DNA of 64,000 bases from the NCBI GenBank assembly GCA_037046735.1, contig JBAOHC010000020.1:78708-142707 (forward strand), written 5' to 3'. Below, piece after piece: positions 10,232-19,512 of this stretch (positions within the stretch are counted from its first letter, which is position 1; the number at the start of each line of letters is the position of its first letter). The position numbers and the translations under genes are program-made. The notes below the pieces were generated by a model, which was given only the letters and a program-made list of their open reading frames with translations, had not been told where the DNA came from and did not search any database. The DNA comes from Candidatus Nanopelagicales bacterium. GTDB lineage: Bacteria > Actinomycetota > Actinomycetes > S36-B12 > UBA10799.

Positions 10232-11257
10232 CTACCGCTTTTCCCGAGCGGTTTCGAAGGCAGTTGAGGAACGCACCACCAAGCGGGTATGCACCAGTTC
10301 CCGGCCGGGCGCAGTCTGCGAACGCCCGTCAGCGAGCGCCTGCAGCACCGCCCGGACCGCGATCTCGCCGCGCTGGGCGACCGGCTGGGCCATCGTGGTG
10401 AGATCGAGCACCTCAGCCAGCTCGTGGTCATCGAAGCCGACGATGCTGATGTCGTCGGGGACCCTGACCCCCATGCGTCGCATCGTCTGCATGGCACCGG
10501 CCGCCATCTCGTCAGACTGCGCGAATACCGCCGTCGGAGGTGTCGGCAGCGACAATAGCTCGGCCATCGCACTGGAGCCGCCGCGCACCGTGTACTCGCC
10601 GTCCACGTCGTACTCGATGGGGACCGGAAGTCCCGAATCGGCCATCGCCTGCCGGAATCCGCGCTGCCGCTGGCGGGGAGCTGTGAAACGGCCCGCGAAC
10701 GACGAACCACCACCGATCATGGCTATGCGGGTGTGTCCTAGGTTGATCAGGTGATGGGTGGCGGTCTGGGCTGCCCCCTCGTTGTCGATGCCGACGCTGA
10801 ACGTGTCGGCCAGCGGATCACCGACCGACGCGATCGGCACACCGAGTCCTCGCAGCGAATCCTGCTGGTCGGCACTCAGACCCAACGTCAGAATGATGAC
10901 GGCGTCCACACGACGACGCAGCGGCATACGCGTGAAGAAGTCCTCCTGCGAACGCTCGTCCGGCACAGCGAACAGCAGCAGATCCAGACCCTCGCGGTGC
11001 AGTACCCGTTCAATGCCGGTCAGCACCTCGCCGAAGAACCAGGTCCCGATGTAGGGGGCGACGACGGCGATCGAATTGGTGCGGCCGCTGGCCAGGCGCG
11101 AGGCGACCGGCGCCACGACATAGTCCAACTCCTCTGCCACTTCGAGCACCCGCCGCCGGGTTGCTCCTGACACGTTGGGAAGGTTGCGCAATGCCCGGCT
11201 GACCGTGGCTGTCGACACACCCGCCCGCGCGGCCACGTCCTGGATCCTCACTCCCAC
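10232..11257 (-). CDS. LacI family transcriptional regulator
   Basis: HTH IQDVAARAGVSTATVSRALRN. The longest ORF starts at TTG 11278, but GTG 11257 follows AAAGGGGA at good spacing. Confidence 0.85.
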   Translation of the reverse strand: MGVRIQDVAARAGVSTATVSRALRNLPNVSGATRRRVLEVAEELDYVVAPVASRLASGRTNSIAVVAPYIGTWFFGEVLTGIERVLHREGLDLLLFAVPDERSQEDFFTRMPLRRRVDAVIILTLGLSADQQDSLRGLGVPIASVGDPLADTFSVGIDNEGAAQTATHHLINLGHTRIAMIGGGSSFAGRFTAPRQRQRGFRQAMADSGLPVPIEYDVDGEYTVRGGSSAMAELLSLPTPPTAVFAQSDEMAAGAMQTMRRMGVRVPDDISIVGFDDHELAEVLDLTTMAQPVAQRGEIAVRAVLQALADGRSQTAPGRELVHTRLVVRSSTAFETAREKR

Positions 11258-11273
11258 CGAAATGTCCCCTTTC

Positions 11274-11287
11274 TGCAAACGCTTACA
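11274..11287. promoter_or_regulatory. candidate LacI operator 1 (TGCAAACGCTTACA)
   Basis: cre/LacI-like 14-mer in the AT-richer divergent region between the LacI gene and the amylosucrase gene; same motif as 11352-11365 in opposite orientation. Confidence 0.45.
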
Positions 11288-11351
11288 TTACAAACTATCC
11301 CTTGTAGGCAAAGAAATTGAGCCGCATACTCAAGTTGACCGCCATAAATGC

Positions 11352-11365
11352 CGTAAGTGTTTACA
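11352..11365. promoter_or_regulatory. candidate LacI operator 2 (reverse complement TGTAAACACTTACG)
   Basis: Shares TGYAAACRCTTAC with site 1, inverted, 47 nt upstream of the amylosucrase start. Confidence 0.45.
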
Positions 11366-11411
11366 TGTCATACTTTAACTACCACGACTGCTGACAATTT
11401 GCTGACAAGGA

Positions 11412-13325
11412 ATGCCTGCCGTGACCACACTGATCCACTCAGCCCAGGCGGTGACCACCTCCGCCATCCGTTCCGATCTCCTGCGTGAACTCGGCGATGA
11501 TGTGCACGCCGGGGATGTGTTGGCGCGCTGGGATCGGTGGGGCGGTGATCTGCTGACGGGCCTCGGCCAGGTGTACTCCGATCCGACCCTGATCGCCCGC
11601 CTGATTCACCAGATCGCCATGGCGCATCGCGCGCGCTCCGTGCCCCTGCGTGAACGCGACCGGCAGCGCCTGCTGCAGCCCGACTGGTTCCAGAAGTCGG
11701 ATGCGATCGGATATGCCGCATACACCGAGCGCTTCGCCGGCGACTTACCGCACACCATCGAGCACATCGGGTACTTGCAGGATCTGGGGGTGACCTATCT
11801 GCACCTCATGCCGCTGCTACAAACGCGGCCGGGACCCAATGATGGCGGGTACGCGGTCATGGATTACGACGAGGTGCGCGCCGATCTGGGGACCATGGAC
11901 GACCTCTCCGAACTGGCTATGCGTCTGCATGACGCGGGAATCTCCCTGACGCTCGACCTCGTGCTCAACCATGTCGCGCAGGAGCACCGTTGGGCCCGTG
12001 CCGCCCGCGCGGGCGACGTCCACTACCGCGACTACTTCTGGACGTTCGGTGATCGCACGATGCCCAACGCCTACGAGCAGAACCTGACGGAGGTCTTCCC
12101 CCAGACCTCGCCAGGGAATTTCACATGGGATCCCGAACTCGGCCGGTGGGTGTGGACGACGTTCAACTCCTACCAATGGGATTTGAACTGGTCCAACCCC
12201 GACGTGCTCAGCGAGTTCGTGCAGATCATCCTGAACCTCGCCAACCGCGGTGTCGACTGCCTGCGTCTGGATGCCATCGCCTTCTTGTGGAAGCGACTCG
12301 GGACGAACTGCCAGAACCAGCCTGAGGTGCACGCCATCACGCAGATCCTGCGGGCGGTGGCTCGCATCGCCGCACCCTCGCTGATCTTCAAAGCCGAAGC
12401 GATCGTGCCGCCGACCGAGGTGGTCTCCTACCTGGGCCGCGGCAAGCATGCCGGACGGCTTTCGGACTTGGCCTACCACAACAGCTTGATGGTGCAGATC
12501 TGGTCGGCTTTGGCGACTCGGGATGCCCGGCTGCTGGCCGTCGCGGCAGACCGCATGGCGGCGATCCCGACGACGGCGGCCTGGGCGACATACCTGCGCT
12601 GCCACGATGACGTCGGCTGGGCCATCGAGGACTGCGACACCGAGGCCCTCGGCTGGAACGGCTGGGCGCACCGCAGTTTCCTGTGCGATTTCTACACCGG
12701 CCAGCACCAGGCCTCCTTCGCCGACGGGCTGGTATTCGAACTGAACCCCGCGACGGGCGATCGGCGCATCAACGGCACGGCTGCCAGCCTTGCAGGTATA
12801 GGTCGCCCGGCTGAACGGTTCGCCGTCGACCGCTTGCTCTGCGGTTATGCCATGGTGTTCGGCTTCGGGGGGCTGCCCTTGATCTTCTCCGGGGACGAGG
12901 TGGCCCTGCTCAACGATCCCTCCTACCTACGCGAACCTGAGCACACCAACGACAGCCGCTGGGTGCACCGGCCGCGGATGCCATGGGCCGATCTGGAGGC
13001 CAGCCCGCACGCTCACGAGGTGTTCGAGCGAGTGCAGCGCATGATTCATGTCCGCAAGAACACCGAGTCGCTGCACGCGTCGGTGGCGACCACGGTGATG
13101 CCCACCAGCGTGAACAGCGTCACCTGCTTCGTGCGCAAGCACCCCGCCGGGCAGATGCTGCAGGTGTACAACGTCGCTGACTACGCCGTGCGGGTGCCGG
13201 CCTGGGAGTTCGAGCAGAAGGTCCCCGGCGCACACGTCGACCTGCTGACGGGCAGCATGCTGACCGTCACCGACGGCATGGTCGAACTACCGCCGTACGC
13301 CGCGTTGTGGCTGGTACCTGCCTGA
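11412..13325 (+). CDS. amylosucrase (GH13 sucrose glucosyltransferase)
   Basis: 637 aa, collinear with Neisseria amylosucrase: GVTYLHLMPL, DGGYAVMDY, LDLVLNHV, GVDCLRLDAIAFLWKRLGTNCQNQPEVH, FKAEAIV, YLRCHDDVGW, GGLPLIFSGDE. Confidence 0.85.
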   Translation: MPAVTTLIHSAQAVTTSAIRSDLLRELGDDVHAGDVLARWDRWGGDLLTGLGQVYSDPTLIARLIHQIAMAHRARSVPLRERDRQRLLQPDWFQKSDAIGYAAYTERFAGDLPHTIEHIGYLQDLGVTYLHLMPLLQTRPGPNDGGYAVMDYDEVRADLGTMDDLSELAMRLHDAGISLTLDLVLNHVAQEHRWARAARAGDVHYRDYFWTFGDRTMPNAYEQNLTEVFPQTSPGNFTWDPELGRWVWTTFNSYQWDLNWSNPDVLSEFVQIILNLANRGVDCLRLDAIAFLWKRLGTNCQNQPEVHAITQILRAVARIAAPSLIFKAEAIVPPTEVVSYLGRGKHAGRLSDLAYHNSLMVQIWSALATRDARLLAVAADRMAAIPTTAAWATYLRCHDDVGWAIEDCDTEALGWNGWAHRSFLCDFYTGQHQASFADGLVFELNPATGDRRINGTAASLAGIGRPAERFAVDRLLCGYAMVFGFGGLPLIFSGDEVALLNDPSYLREPEHTNDSRWVHRPRMPWADLEASPHAHEVFERVQRMIHVRKNTESLHASVATTVMPTSVNSVTCFVRKHPAGQMLQVYNVADYAVRVPAWEFEQKVPGAHVDLLTGSMLTVTDGMVELPPYAALWLVPA

Positions 13326-13351
13326 TCCGGGTAGACGCGGGCGTCATCGGC

Positions 13352-15706
13352 TCAGTCGAGCAGGAACCACCCGCGCACCTCAGCCTCGTGGTCGACGAAG
13401 CGCTCGCCCGACACATCGACGATCACCTTGTCGATCCGGCCACCGGTGAACCGGTACGGCGCGACGTAGGCCGGGGTGACCGGTGACGCGTCATCCCGTC
13501 CCACGCACAGACCGTCCCCCACCGCGCAGAACATGCCCGGTTGGGTGACGATGACGTCGGCACCGACTGGATCGCCATCGATGTAGAGCGTCAGGGTGCC
13601 CTTGGCACCCGGCATCGCAGGATCCTCACTGCGACCGGTCGCCGTGAACTCGGCTGTGATGACGTGGGTACCCGGGGTGAGGTCGCGGTCGGCGGTGATC
13701 GTCTGCAATACGGTGCCGACCCAGTTGAAGGTGTACGTCAGTCGGCGATTCTGCACGTAGAGGCTGTGCCCGCCGACAACGCCGCCGTGCGCGAACAGCA
13801 CCCCCTCGGCGTCCTCGGTATCGACCGATACGCCGGCCGCGATCGTGTAGGAACGGCCGCTGATACTGACGGCGGACTGCTCCGGCACCGACGCGCAGTC
13901 GGGGTAGTACACGTATCGATCCCGGCTCGGGGAGCCGCTGGGCCGCTCGGCCAGCGTCTGCTCGAGCGCCGTGCGGTCATCAAGCGGTAGCCCGTTGTAC
14001 TGCTCGGCCAGCTCGAACCAGCGTGCCTTCATGCGCTCGAGGCGGTCAGGCTCGAGTTCGGCCAGGTTCGTTGACTGCGAACGATCGGTCTCGACGTGGT
14101 ACAGCTCCCAGACGTCCTGCTCGAAACTCCCCCAGCCCGACAACGGCGGATGAAGGGTGCAGGCCAACCAGCCGTCGTCGTAGAGCGCACGCTGGCCCAG
14201 CATCGCGTAGAACTGGGTCCGCTTGGCGGGCGCCTGCGGGTCTGTGAGCGAGGCGGCGAAACTCTCCCCCTCGATCGGGCTCTGCGCGTAGCCGTTGAGT
14301 GTCGTCGGCGGCGTGATGCCGATCAAGTCGTAGATGGTGGGCACGACGTCGACGGCGTGGACGTACTGTGAGCGCGGTGCGGAGGAGGGCGCGACCTTCG
14401 CAGGCCAGGCCACGAGGGCCATGTCGGCTATCCCGCCCTCGTACCCCGCCCAGCGCTTCCAGTAGGGGAAGGGGGTGTCGAACGCCCAGGCCCATCCGGT
14501 GTTGTAGTGGTTGTACGACAGCGGGCTGCCGAGCTCCTCGATGTGCTGCAGCGTCAGCTCGGTCGGGGTTGGCACGCCATTGAAGAAGCGCCACTCGTTG
14601 AAGGTGCCGTTTGGCCCACCCTCGCCGCTGGCGCCGTTGTCCGACACCACAACGACGATCGTGTTGTCGAGTTCCCCGGACTCCTGCAGGAAGTCCATCA
14701 CGCGACCGACCTGGTCGTCGGTGTACTCGACGTAGCCGGCGAAGACCTCAGCCATCCGGACGAACAGTCGCTTCTCATCGTCGGTCAGCGAGGCCCAAGG
14801 GCGCACGGTGTCGAGCAACGGCCAGGGCTGGCCGTCGGGTCCGGTGGCGGCCGGCTCACCGTGCGGGTTGATACCGGACAGTTGCGTGTCGGCCGGCAGC
14901 AGCCCGAGCTCCTTCTGGCGCTCAAGGATGCGGTCGCGGATGGCCTCGTAGCCGTCGTCGAACACGCCTCGATACTTGTCCGCCCACTCCGAGAAGACGT
15001 GGTGCGGGGCGTGCGCGGCGTCCAGGGAGAAGTACAGGAAGAACGGCTTGTCCGGGTCGACGGCCTTGGCATCGCGGATGTACTCGATCGCGCGATCCGA
15101 CAGATCCTTCGCGATGTGGTAGCCCTCGCTCGGCGTTGCCGGCGGCTCAACCGGGTGGTTGTCGTGGATCAGGTCGGGATACCAGGAACTGGACTCGCCG
15201 CCGAGAAAACCGTAGAAGCGCTCGAAACCGCGACCGAGTGGCCAGCGCTTCTTCCAGGCGGCCATTCCCGTCTCCTCGCCGGGGGTCAGGTGCCACTTGC
15301 CCACGCAGTAGGTGTTGTAGCCGTGCTCCACGAGAACCTCGGAGATGAAGGCGTTCTCGAACGGGATGCGCGTGGAGATGCCCGGGAATCCGGACGAGAA
15401 CTCCGCGATCGTCGCCATCCCGTTCGATGTCGCGTTGCGGCCGGTCAGCAGCGACGCTCGCGTGGGTGAGCACAGCGCCGTGGTGTGGAAGTTGGAGTAA
15501 CGAACGCCCAGGTCGGCAATCCGGCTCATCGTCGGGGTGTGTACCGGCCCGCCGAAGCACTCCATGGTCCCGTAGCCCACGTCGTCCCAGACGACGAACA
15601 CCACGTTGGGGGCGCCCTCGGGTGCTCTGGGAGCCAGATAGGGCGTCCAGTCGGGCACCGAATCCCGGATGTCGAGGCTGATCTTCCCAGTGAATTCCGC
15701 GCTCAT
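13352..15706 (-). CDS. arylsulfatase (Cys-type, formylglycine-dependent)
   Basis: 1070-aa ORF trimmed to ATG 15706 (GGAGGAG upstream); 784 aa; VVFVVWDDVGYG and sulfatase signature CSPTRASLLTGRN. Confidence 0.85.
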   Translation of the reverse strand: MSAEFTGKISLDIRDSVPDWTPYLAPRAPEGAPNVVFVVWDDVGYGTMECFGGPVHTPTMSRIADLGVRYSNFHTTALCSPTRASLLTGRNATSNGMATIAEFSSGFPGISTRIPFENAFISEVLVEHGYNTYCVGKWHLTPGEETGMAAWKKRWPLGRGFERFYGFLGGESSSWYPDLIHDNHPVEPPATPSEGYHIAKDLSDRAIEYIRDAKAVDPDKPFFLYFSLDAAHAPHHVFSEWADKYRGVFDDGYEAIRDRILERQKELGLLPADTQLSGINPHGEPAATGPDGQPWPLLDTVRPWASLTDDEKRLFVRMAEVFAGYVEYTDDQVGRVMDFLQESGELDNTIVVVVSDNGASGEGGPNGTFNEWRFFNGVPTPTELTLQHIEELGSPLSYNHYNTGWAWAFDTPFPYWKRWAGYEGGIADMALVAWPAKVAPSSAPRSQYVHAVDVVPTIYDLIGITPPTTLNGYAQSPIEGESFAASLTDPQAPAKRTQFYAMLGQRALYDDGWLACTLHPPLSGWGSFEQDVWELYHVETDRSQSTNLAELEPDRLERMKARWFELAEQYNGLPLDDRTALEQTLAERPSGSPSRDRYVYYPDCASVPEQSAVSISGRSYTIAAGVSVDTEDAEGVLFAHGGVVGGHSLYVQNRRLTYTFNWVGTVLQTITADRDLTPGTHVITAEFTATGRSEDPAMPGAKGTLTLYIDGDPVGADVIVTQPGMFCAVGDGLCVGRDDASPVTPAYVAPYRFTGGRIDKVIVDVSGERFVDHEAEVRGWFLLD

Positions 15707-16107
15707 TGCAGCTCCTCCATGGCCGTGTCCGGCCTGACACCGACTGTCACACGGGCGTACGGCTTTTGTCCTCCCCCGAAGGGGGTGGGCCGCCGACGGG
15801 GATGCTGATGGTCTTGGCGGACTAGTCGAGTTGCTGCCTGGCTCAGCATGGCCGAAGGGTTCCAGCCTTGAGCACTGCGATCCCGCGCTATGGAACGCAC
15901 CCACGGGCTCCCTGGCCCACCGTCCGCGGTCGCCCCTCGCCGACTCAGAACAGAGCACTCGCGCGCCATCCACAGCCGGACGCACGGCACAGGTGGACCC
16001 GTTCGTCCGCGGCACAGCGGTTCGGCGCGGCGGAGCCCGAAACGACGAACCGCTGTACCCGAGACGAACGCCTGGGCACCGGACGAACGCCTGGACTCTG
16101 CTGGCCA

Positions 16108-16536
16108 CCTCCGGCGACCTCCTCCCAAGCCCCGCAGAACAACCAATCCCAAAACAAAAGACCCGGCAAGCCTGCCGGGTCTTCCGTTTTGGGGTGAGTG
16201 ACGGGAGCCGTCGCGCCCCTCCGGGACGCTCCTCCCAAGCCCCGCAGAACAACCAATCCCAAAACAAAAGACCCGGCAAGCCTGCCGGGTCTTCCGTTTT
16301 GGGGTGAGTGACGGGAGCCGTCGCGCCCCTCCGGGACGCTCCTCCCAAGCCCCGCAGAACAACCAATCCCAAAACAAAAGACCCGGCAAGCCTGCCGGGT
16401 CTTCCGTTTTGGGTGTGGTGACGGGAGCCGTCGCGCCCCTCCGGGACGCTCCTCCCAAGCCCCGCAGAACAACCAATCCCAAAACAAAAGACCCGGCAAG
16501 CCTGCCGGGTCTTCCGTTTTGGGGTGAGTGACGGGA
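16108..16536. repeat. 110-bp tandem repeat, about 3.9 copies, each = tRNA-His 3' 17 nt + terminator hairpin + GC-rich spacer
   Basis: Unit starts at 16121, 16231, 16341 and 16451. Copies of tggggtgagtgacggga (reverse complement of the tRNA 3' end) at 16190, 16300, 16410 (variant) and the genuine one at 16520. Period not divisible by 3. Confidence 0.9.
16488..16513 (-). terminator. intrinsic terminator of tRNA-His (first of four identical copies)
   Basis: aagacccggca-ggct-tgccgggtctt, an 11-bp stem, followed on the minus strand by ttgtttt. Identical hairpins at 16378-16403, 16268-16293 and 16158-16183. Confidence 0.65.
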
Positions 16537-16596
16537 CTTGAACCCGCGACCACCTGGACCACAACCAGGTGCTCTACCAGCTGAGCTACACCCACC
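16520..16596 (-). tRNA. tRNA-His (GTG)
   Basis: 77 nt GGTGGGTGTAGCTCAGCTGGTAGAGCACCTGGTTGTGGTCCAGGTGGTCGCGGGTTCAAGTCCCGTCACTCACCCCA. Cloverleaf folds by hand: G-1 pairing C73 (His identity), anticodon loop TTGTGGT, TTCAAGT T-loop, encoded CCA. Confidence 0.92.
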
Positions 16597-16721
16597 AGAA
16601 CCCACGCAAGGCGGGCCGTTGCCCAGTTTAGCGGCCGCACGCAGGAGCCCCAAAGCAGGAGTGGCATCAAACGCCTTGAGCACCTGAGGGTCGTCCGCAG
16701 GCAGCATGGGCTGGACACGCT

Positions 16722-17423
16722 GTGCCGATCGTCGCAGGTACCGTGGCCAGCGTGTCCGAGGTCATCCGCAGTTACCACGCGCGCCGGGGCCGCCTGTCGC
16801 CGAACCAACGACTGGCGCTGGCTGAGCATGCCGACCTCGACCTGGCGAACTGGCCAGATCCCCTCGATCTCGATGCTGTGTTCAAGCGCCGGGCGCCGCG
16901 AGTGCTGGAGATCGGAAGCGGGCTGGGCGACACCGCACTGCATCTGGCCGCGACGCACCCCGAGACGGACTACATCGCGGCCGACGTGCACACCAAAGGC
17001 ATCGCCCGCACACTGCTGCAGATCGAGGACCAACAACTGACCAACCTGCGCGTGTTACACGAAGACGCCCTGGACTTCCTCACACGACGCCTGCCTGCGC
17101 AGAGCCTGCAACAACTCCTCGTGTTCTTCCCCGACCCTTGGCCGAAGGCGCGTCATCACAAGCGCCGCCTGGTGCGCCGCGACTTCGCACTGGCCGCGGC
17201 CCGCGCCTTAGTGCCCGGCGGCGAACTGCACCTGGCCACCGACATTGCCGAATACGCACAGGTGATGCGCGAGGTGTTGGACCGACAACCTGCGATGCGC
17301 AAGACGTACGACGGCCCGCGCCAGCCCGACCGGCCACGCACGAAGTATGAGTCAGCTGGCGAACGCCAGGGCCGTCACGCCATTGATCTGGTGTACCTGC
17401 GACAGGCACCATCGACATCATGA
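16722..17423 (+). CDS. trmB: tRNA (guanine46-N7)-methyltransferase
   Basis: LEIGSGLGD SAM motif and the FFPDPWPKARHHKRRL signature; 233 aa. Confidence 0.85.
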   Translation: MPIVAGTVASVSEVIRSYHARRGRLSPNQRLALAEHADLDLANWPDPLDLDAVFKRRAPRVLEIGSGLGDTALHLAATHPETDYIAADVHTKGIARTLLQIEDQQLTNLRVLHEDALDFLTRRLPAQSLQQLLVFFPDPWPKARHHKRRLVRRDFALAAARALVPGGELHLATDIAEYAQVMREVLDRQPAMRKTYDGPRQPDRPRTKYESAGERQGRHAIDLVYLRQAPSTS

Positions 17424-18136
17424 CCACCATCGATCTCAATGCCGATGTCGGGGAGATGGGCCTCGATCTGGATGCACGGATCATCGAGGTGGTGTCCAGT
17501 GTCAGCATCGCGTGCGGCGGGCATGCCGGGGATGACGACACGATGTCCGCCGTCGCGAGGCTGGCGGCACAGCGGCGCGTACGGATCGGTGCCCATCCGT
17601 CCTACGTGGACCGAACCGACTTCGGCCGAACACGTCAAGACGTTCCAGCATCGACTCTGCGCGACCAGATCCGCGACCAGATACAGCGTCTGGCCAGCAA
17701 CACCCCCACAGCCGTGGCCTATGTCAAACCGCACGGCGCGCTCTACCACGCCGCAGCCACTGACCCCGACGTCGCGCAGGCGCTCGTCGACGCGTGCGAG
17801 GGGCTGGCCCTCATGGGACAACCGGGGGCGCTGTACCTGCTGATGGCCAAGGCTGCGGGCATCTCCACCATCGCGGAAGCATTCGCGGATCGCGCTTACA
17901 CCGACGATGCGCGGTTGCTGCCCCGTACGCAGCCCGGGGCCGTCCTGCACGCCGATGACGCGGTACTCACCCAGGTCCTGCACCTGGCCCAGGGTCGGGT
18001 GCAGACCGTGAGCGGTCGCACGATCACCGTCGCTGCGCAGTCGGTGTGCCTGCACAGCGATACACCCGGGGCGGCTGCGCTCGCTCACCGGATCGCCGCC
18101 CAACTACGTGACTACGGCATACGGATCCAAGCGTGA
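17420..18136 (+). CDS. pxpA: 5-oxoprolinase subunit A (LamB/YcsF family)
   Basis: MTTIDLNADVGE...CGGHAGD; ATGA overlap with the trmB stop. Confidence 0.85.
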   Translation: MTTIDLNADVGEMGLDLDARIIEVVSSVSIACGGHAGDDDTMSAVARLAAQRRVRIGAHPSYVDRTDFGRTRQDVPASTLRDQIRDQIQRLASNTPTAVAYVKPHGALYHAAATDPDVAQALVDACEGLALMGQPGALYLLMAKAAGISTIAEAFADRAYTDDARLLPRTQPGAVLHADDAVLTQVLHLAQGRVQTVSGRTITVAAQSVCLHSDTPGAAALAHRIAAQLRDYGIRIQA

Positions 18137-18661
18137 AGGTCGTACCGTTCGGCGAGCGGGCTTGGCTGGTCTATACGGACCGGCCATTGGCGCTCGCGGC
18201 GGCAATTCCGGGCAGTGTGCCCGGCAGAGGACTGCGTTCTGATTCATGACCCGCAGTCGTTGGAGGGTCTGCAGGATCCACCTGAACCACCGGCGGGCAA
18301 CCTCGTATCGTTGCCAGCAAGGTGGGACGGTGAGGATCTTCATGACGTGGAACGCCAGTCGGGGCTCGACGTCGTCGCTGCCCTGCACCAGCACGTCTTC
18401 ACAGTGGCTTTCTGCGGCTTTGCGCCCGGATTCGCCTACATGAAGGGCCTGCCCCCGCAGCTCCATCTCCCGCGAAGACCCCGACCACGACCCAGGGTGC
18501 CCGCCGGTTCGATTGCCATCGCTGCGGGCTACGTGGCGGTCTACCCGACGGATTCCCCCGGTGGCTGGCACCTACTGGGCCACTGCGATGCCCGCCTGTT
18601 CGACCCGGGGTCGACCGAGCCGGCGCTGCTGACACCGGGCACGCGGGTGCAGTTCACATGA
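18133..18661 (+). pseudogene. pxpB: 5-oxoprolinase subunit B (KipI/allophanate hydrolase subunit 1 family), frame interrupted near 18214
   Basis: GTG 18133 (GTGA overlap with pxpA) gives MKVVPFGERAWLVYTDRPLALAAAIPG, then stops. The rest (AEDCVLIHDP...FCGFAPGFAYMKGLP...YPTDSPGGWHLLG) is ORF 18215-18661 in the next frame; one missing base near 18212-18216 joins them. Confidence 0.75.
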
Positions 18662-19470
18662 TTGTGCGAGCCCTGGGGGCACAGACGCTGGTGCAGGATG
18701 CCGGTCGCCACGGTTACGCTCACCTCGGGGTGCCGACCGCCGGTGCCTTCGACCAATTCTCCTGGCGGCTGGGCAACCGATTGGTGGGCAACCCGGACGA
18801 GTGCGCTTCGCTGGAGTGCCTCGGCGGCGGGCTTGTCCTGGAAGCGACCGCACACGTCACTGTGGCCGTCACCGGCGCTCAGGGCCCCGTGGTTGTGGCT
18901 GGCCGCAGCCGTTCCACTGACGAACCACTGCACGTCGCGCCCGGCGATCGACTCACTCTCCGGACCCCCCGCAGCGGCCTTCGGTACTACGTGGCCATCG
19001 CCGGCGGCTGGACGGTCGAGCCCACTCTGGGCTCGCAGTCGAGAGACACGTTGGGTCAGCTCGGACCGAGCGTCAAGGTCGGAGATCATCTGCCGGTCGG
19101 CCCGCATCGCGGGACTCCAACCGTGGACCATGCGCCACCACGACCGGCCCGACTCAGCTTCGAGGTGACACCAGGTCCCGACCTCGATCTCGCTCCCCTA
19201 CTACAGCGCGAATGGGACCTCGACCCCCAGTCCAACCGCATCGGCGTGCGACTCACCGGCGACCCCATTGCCGCAGCAATCACGAGCCTGCCCAGCAGGC
19301 CCATGGTTCTCGGCGCGGTCCAGCTGCCTCCCAACGGATTGCCGATCATCCTCGGGCCGGACCATCCGACGACGGGCGGCTATCCCGTGATCGCGGTGGT
19401 GACTGGTCGCAGCATGAGCGATGTGGCCCAGTGGTCCGGCGGACCCCGCCGCTTCCGGCGGGCTCGTTGA
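18658..19470 (+). CDS. pxpC: 5-oxoprolinase subunit C (KipA/allophanate hydrolase subunit 2 family)
   Basis: ATGA overlap with pxpB; QDAGRHGYAHLGVPTAGAFD...TTGGYPVIA pattern. Confidence 0.85.
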   Translation: MIVRALGAQTLVQDAGRHGYAHLGVPTAGAFDQFSWRLGNRLVGNPDECASLECLGGGLVLEATAHVTVAVTGAQGPVVVAGRSRSTDEPLHVAPGDRLTLRTPRSGLRYYVAIAGGWTVEPTLGSQSRDTLGQLGPSVKVGDHLPVGPHRGTPTVDHAPPRPARLSFEVTPGPDLDLAPLLQREWDLDPQSNRIGVRLTGDPIAAAITSLPSRPMVLGAVQLPPNGLPIILGPDHPTTGGYPVIAVVTGRSMSDVAQWSGGPRRFRRAR

Positions 19471-19512
19471 GGTCTGCCACGGCGTCAGGGGCGCAAGGCG
19501 TACCCTGATCAG

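Noticed and set aside
16108-16536. Possible CRISPR array (regular repeats)
   Set aside because: The units are directly abutting 110-bp copies with no unique spacers, and no cas genes are present. The same argument applies to the 63-bp repeats at 49822-50035.
13352-16564. 1070-aa ORF suggesting a giant sulfatase with a repeat-rich N-terminus
   Set aside because: The first ~285 codons run through the 110-bp tandem array (frame rotates, peptides repeat out of register) and into tRNA-His. ATG 15706 with a GGAGGAG RBS gives a normal 784-aa sulfatase.
13352-16596. Genomic island integrated at tRNA-His
   Set aside because: Partial tRNA 3' ends are present, but there is no integrase, excisionase or compositional break next to them. 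Only the 110-bp units lie between the copies.
15703-17036. Long minus-strand ORFs (15703-16707, 15945-17036) and plus-strand ORFs 15831-16307 over the repeat/tRNA region
   Set aside because: They cross a tRNA gene and terminator hairpins and consist of frame-rotated repeat translations. These are high-GC open-frame artefacts.
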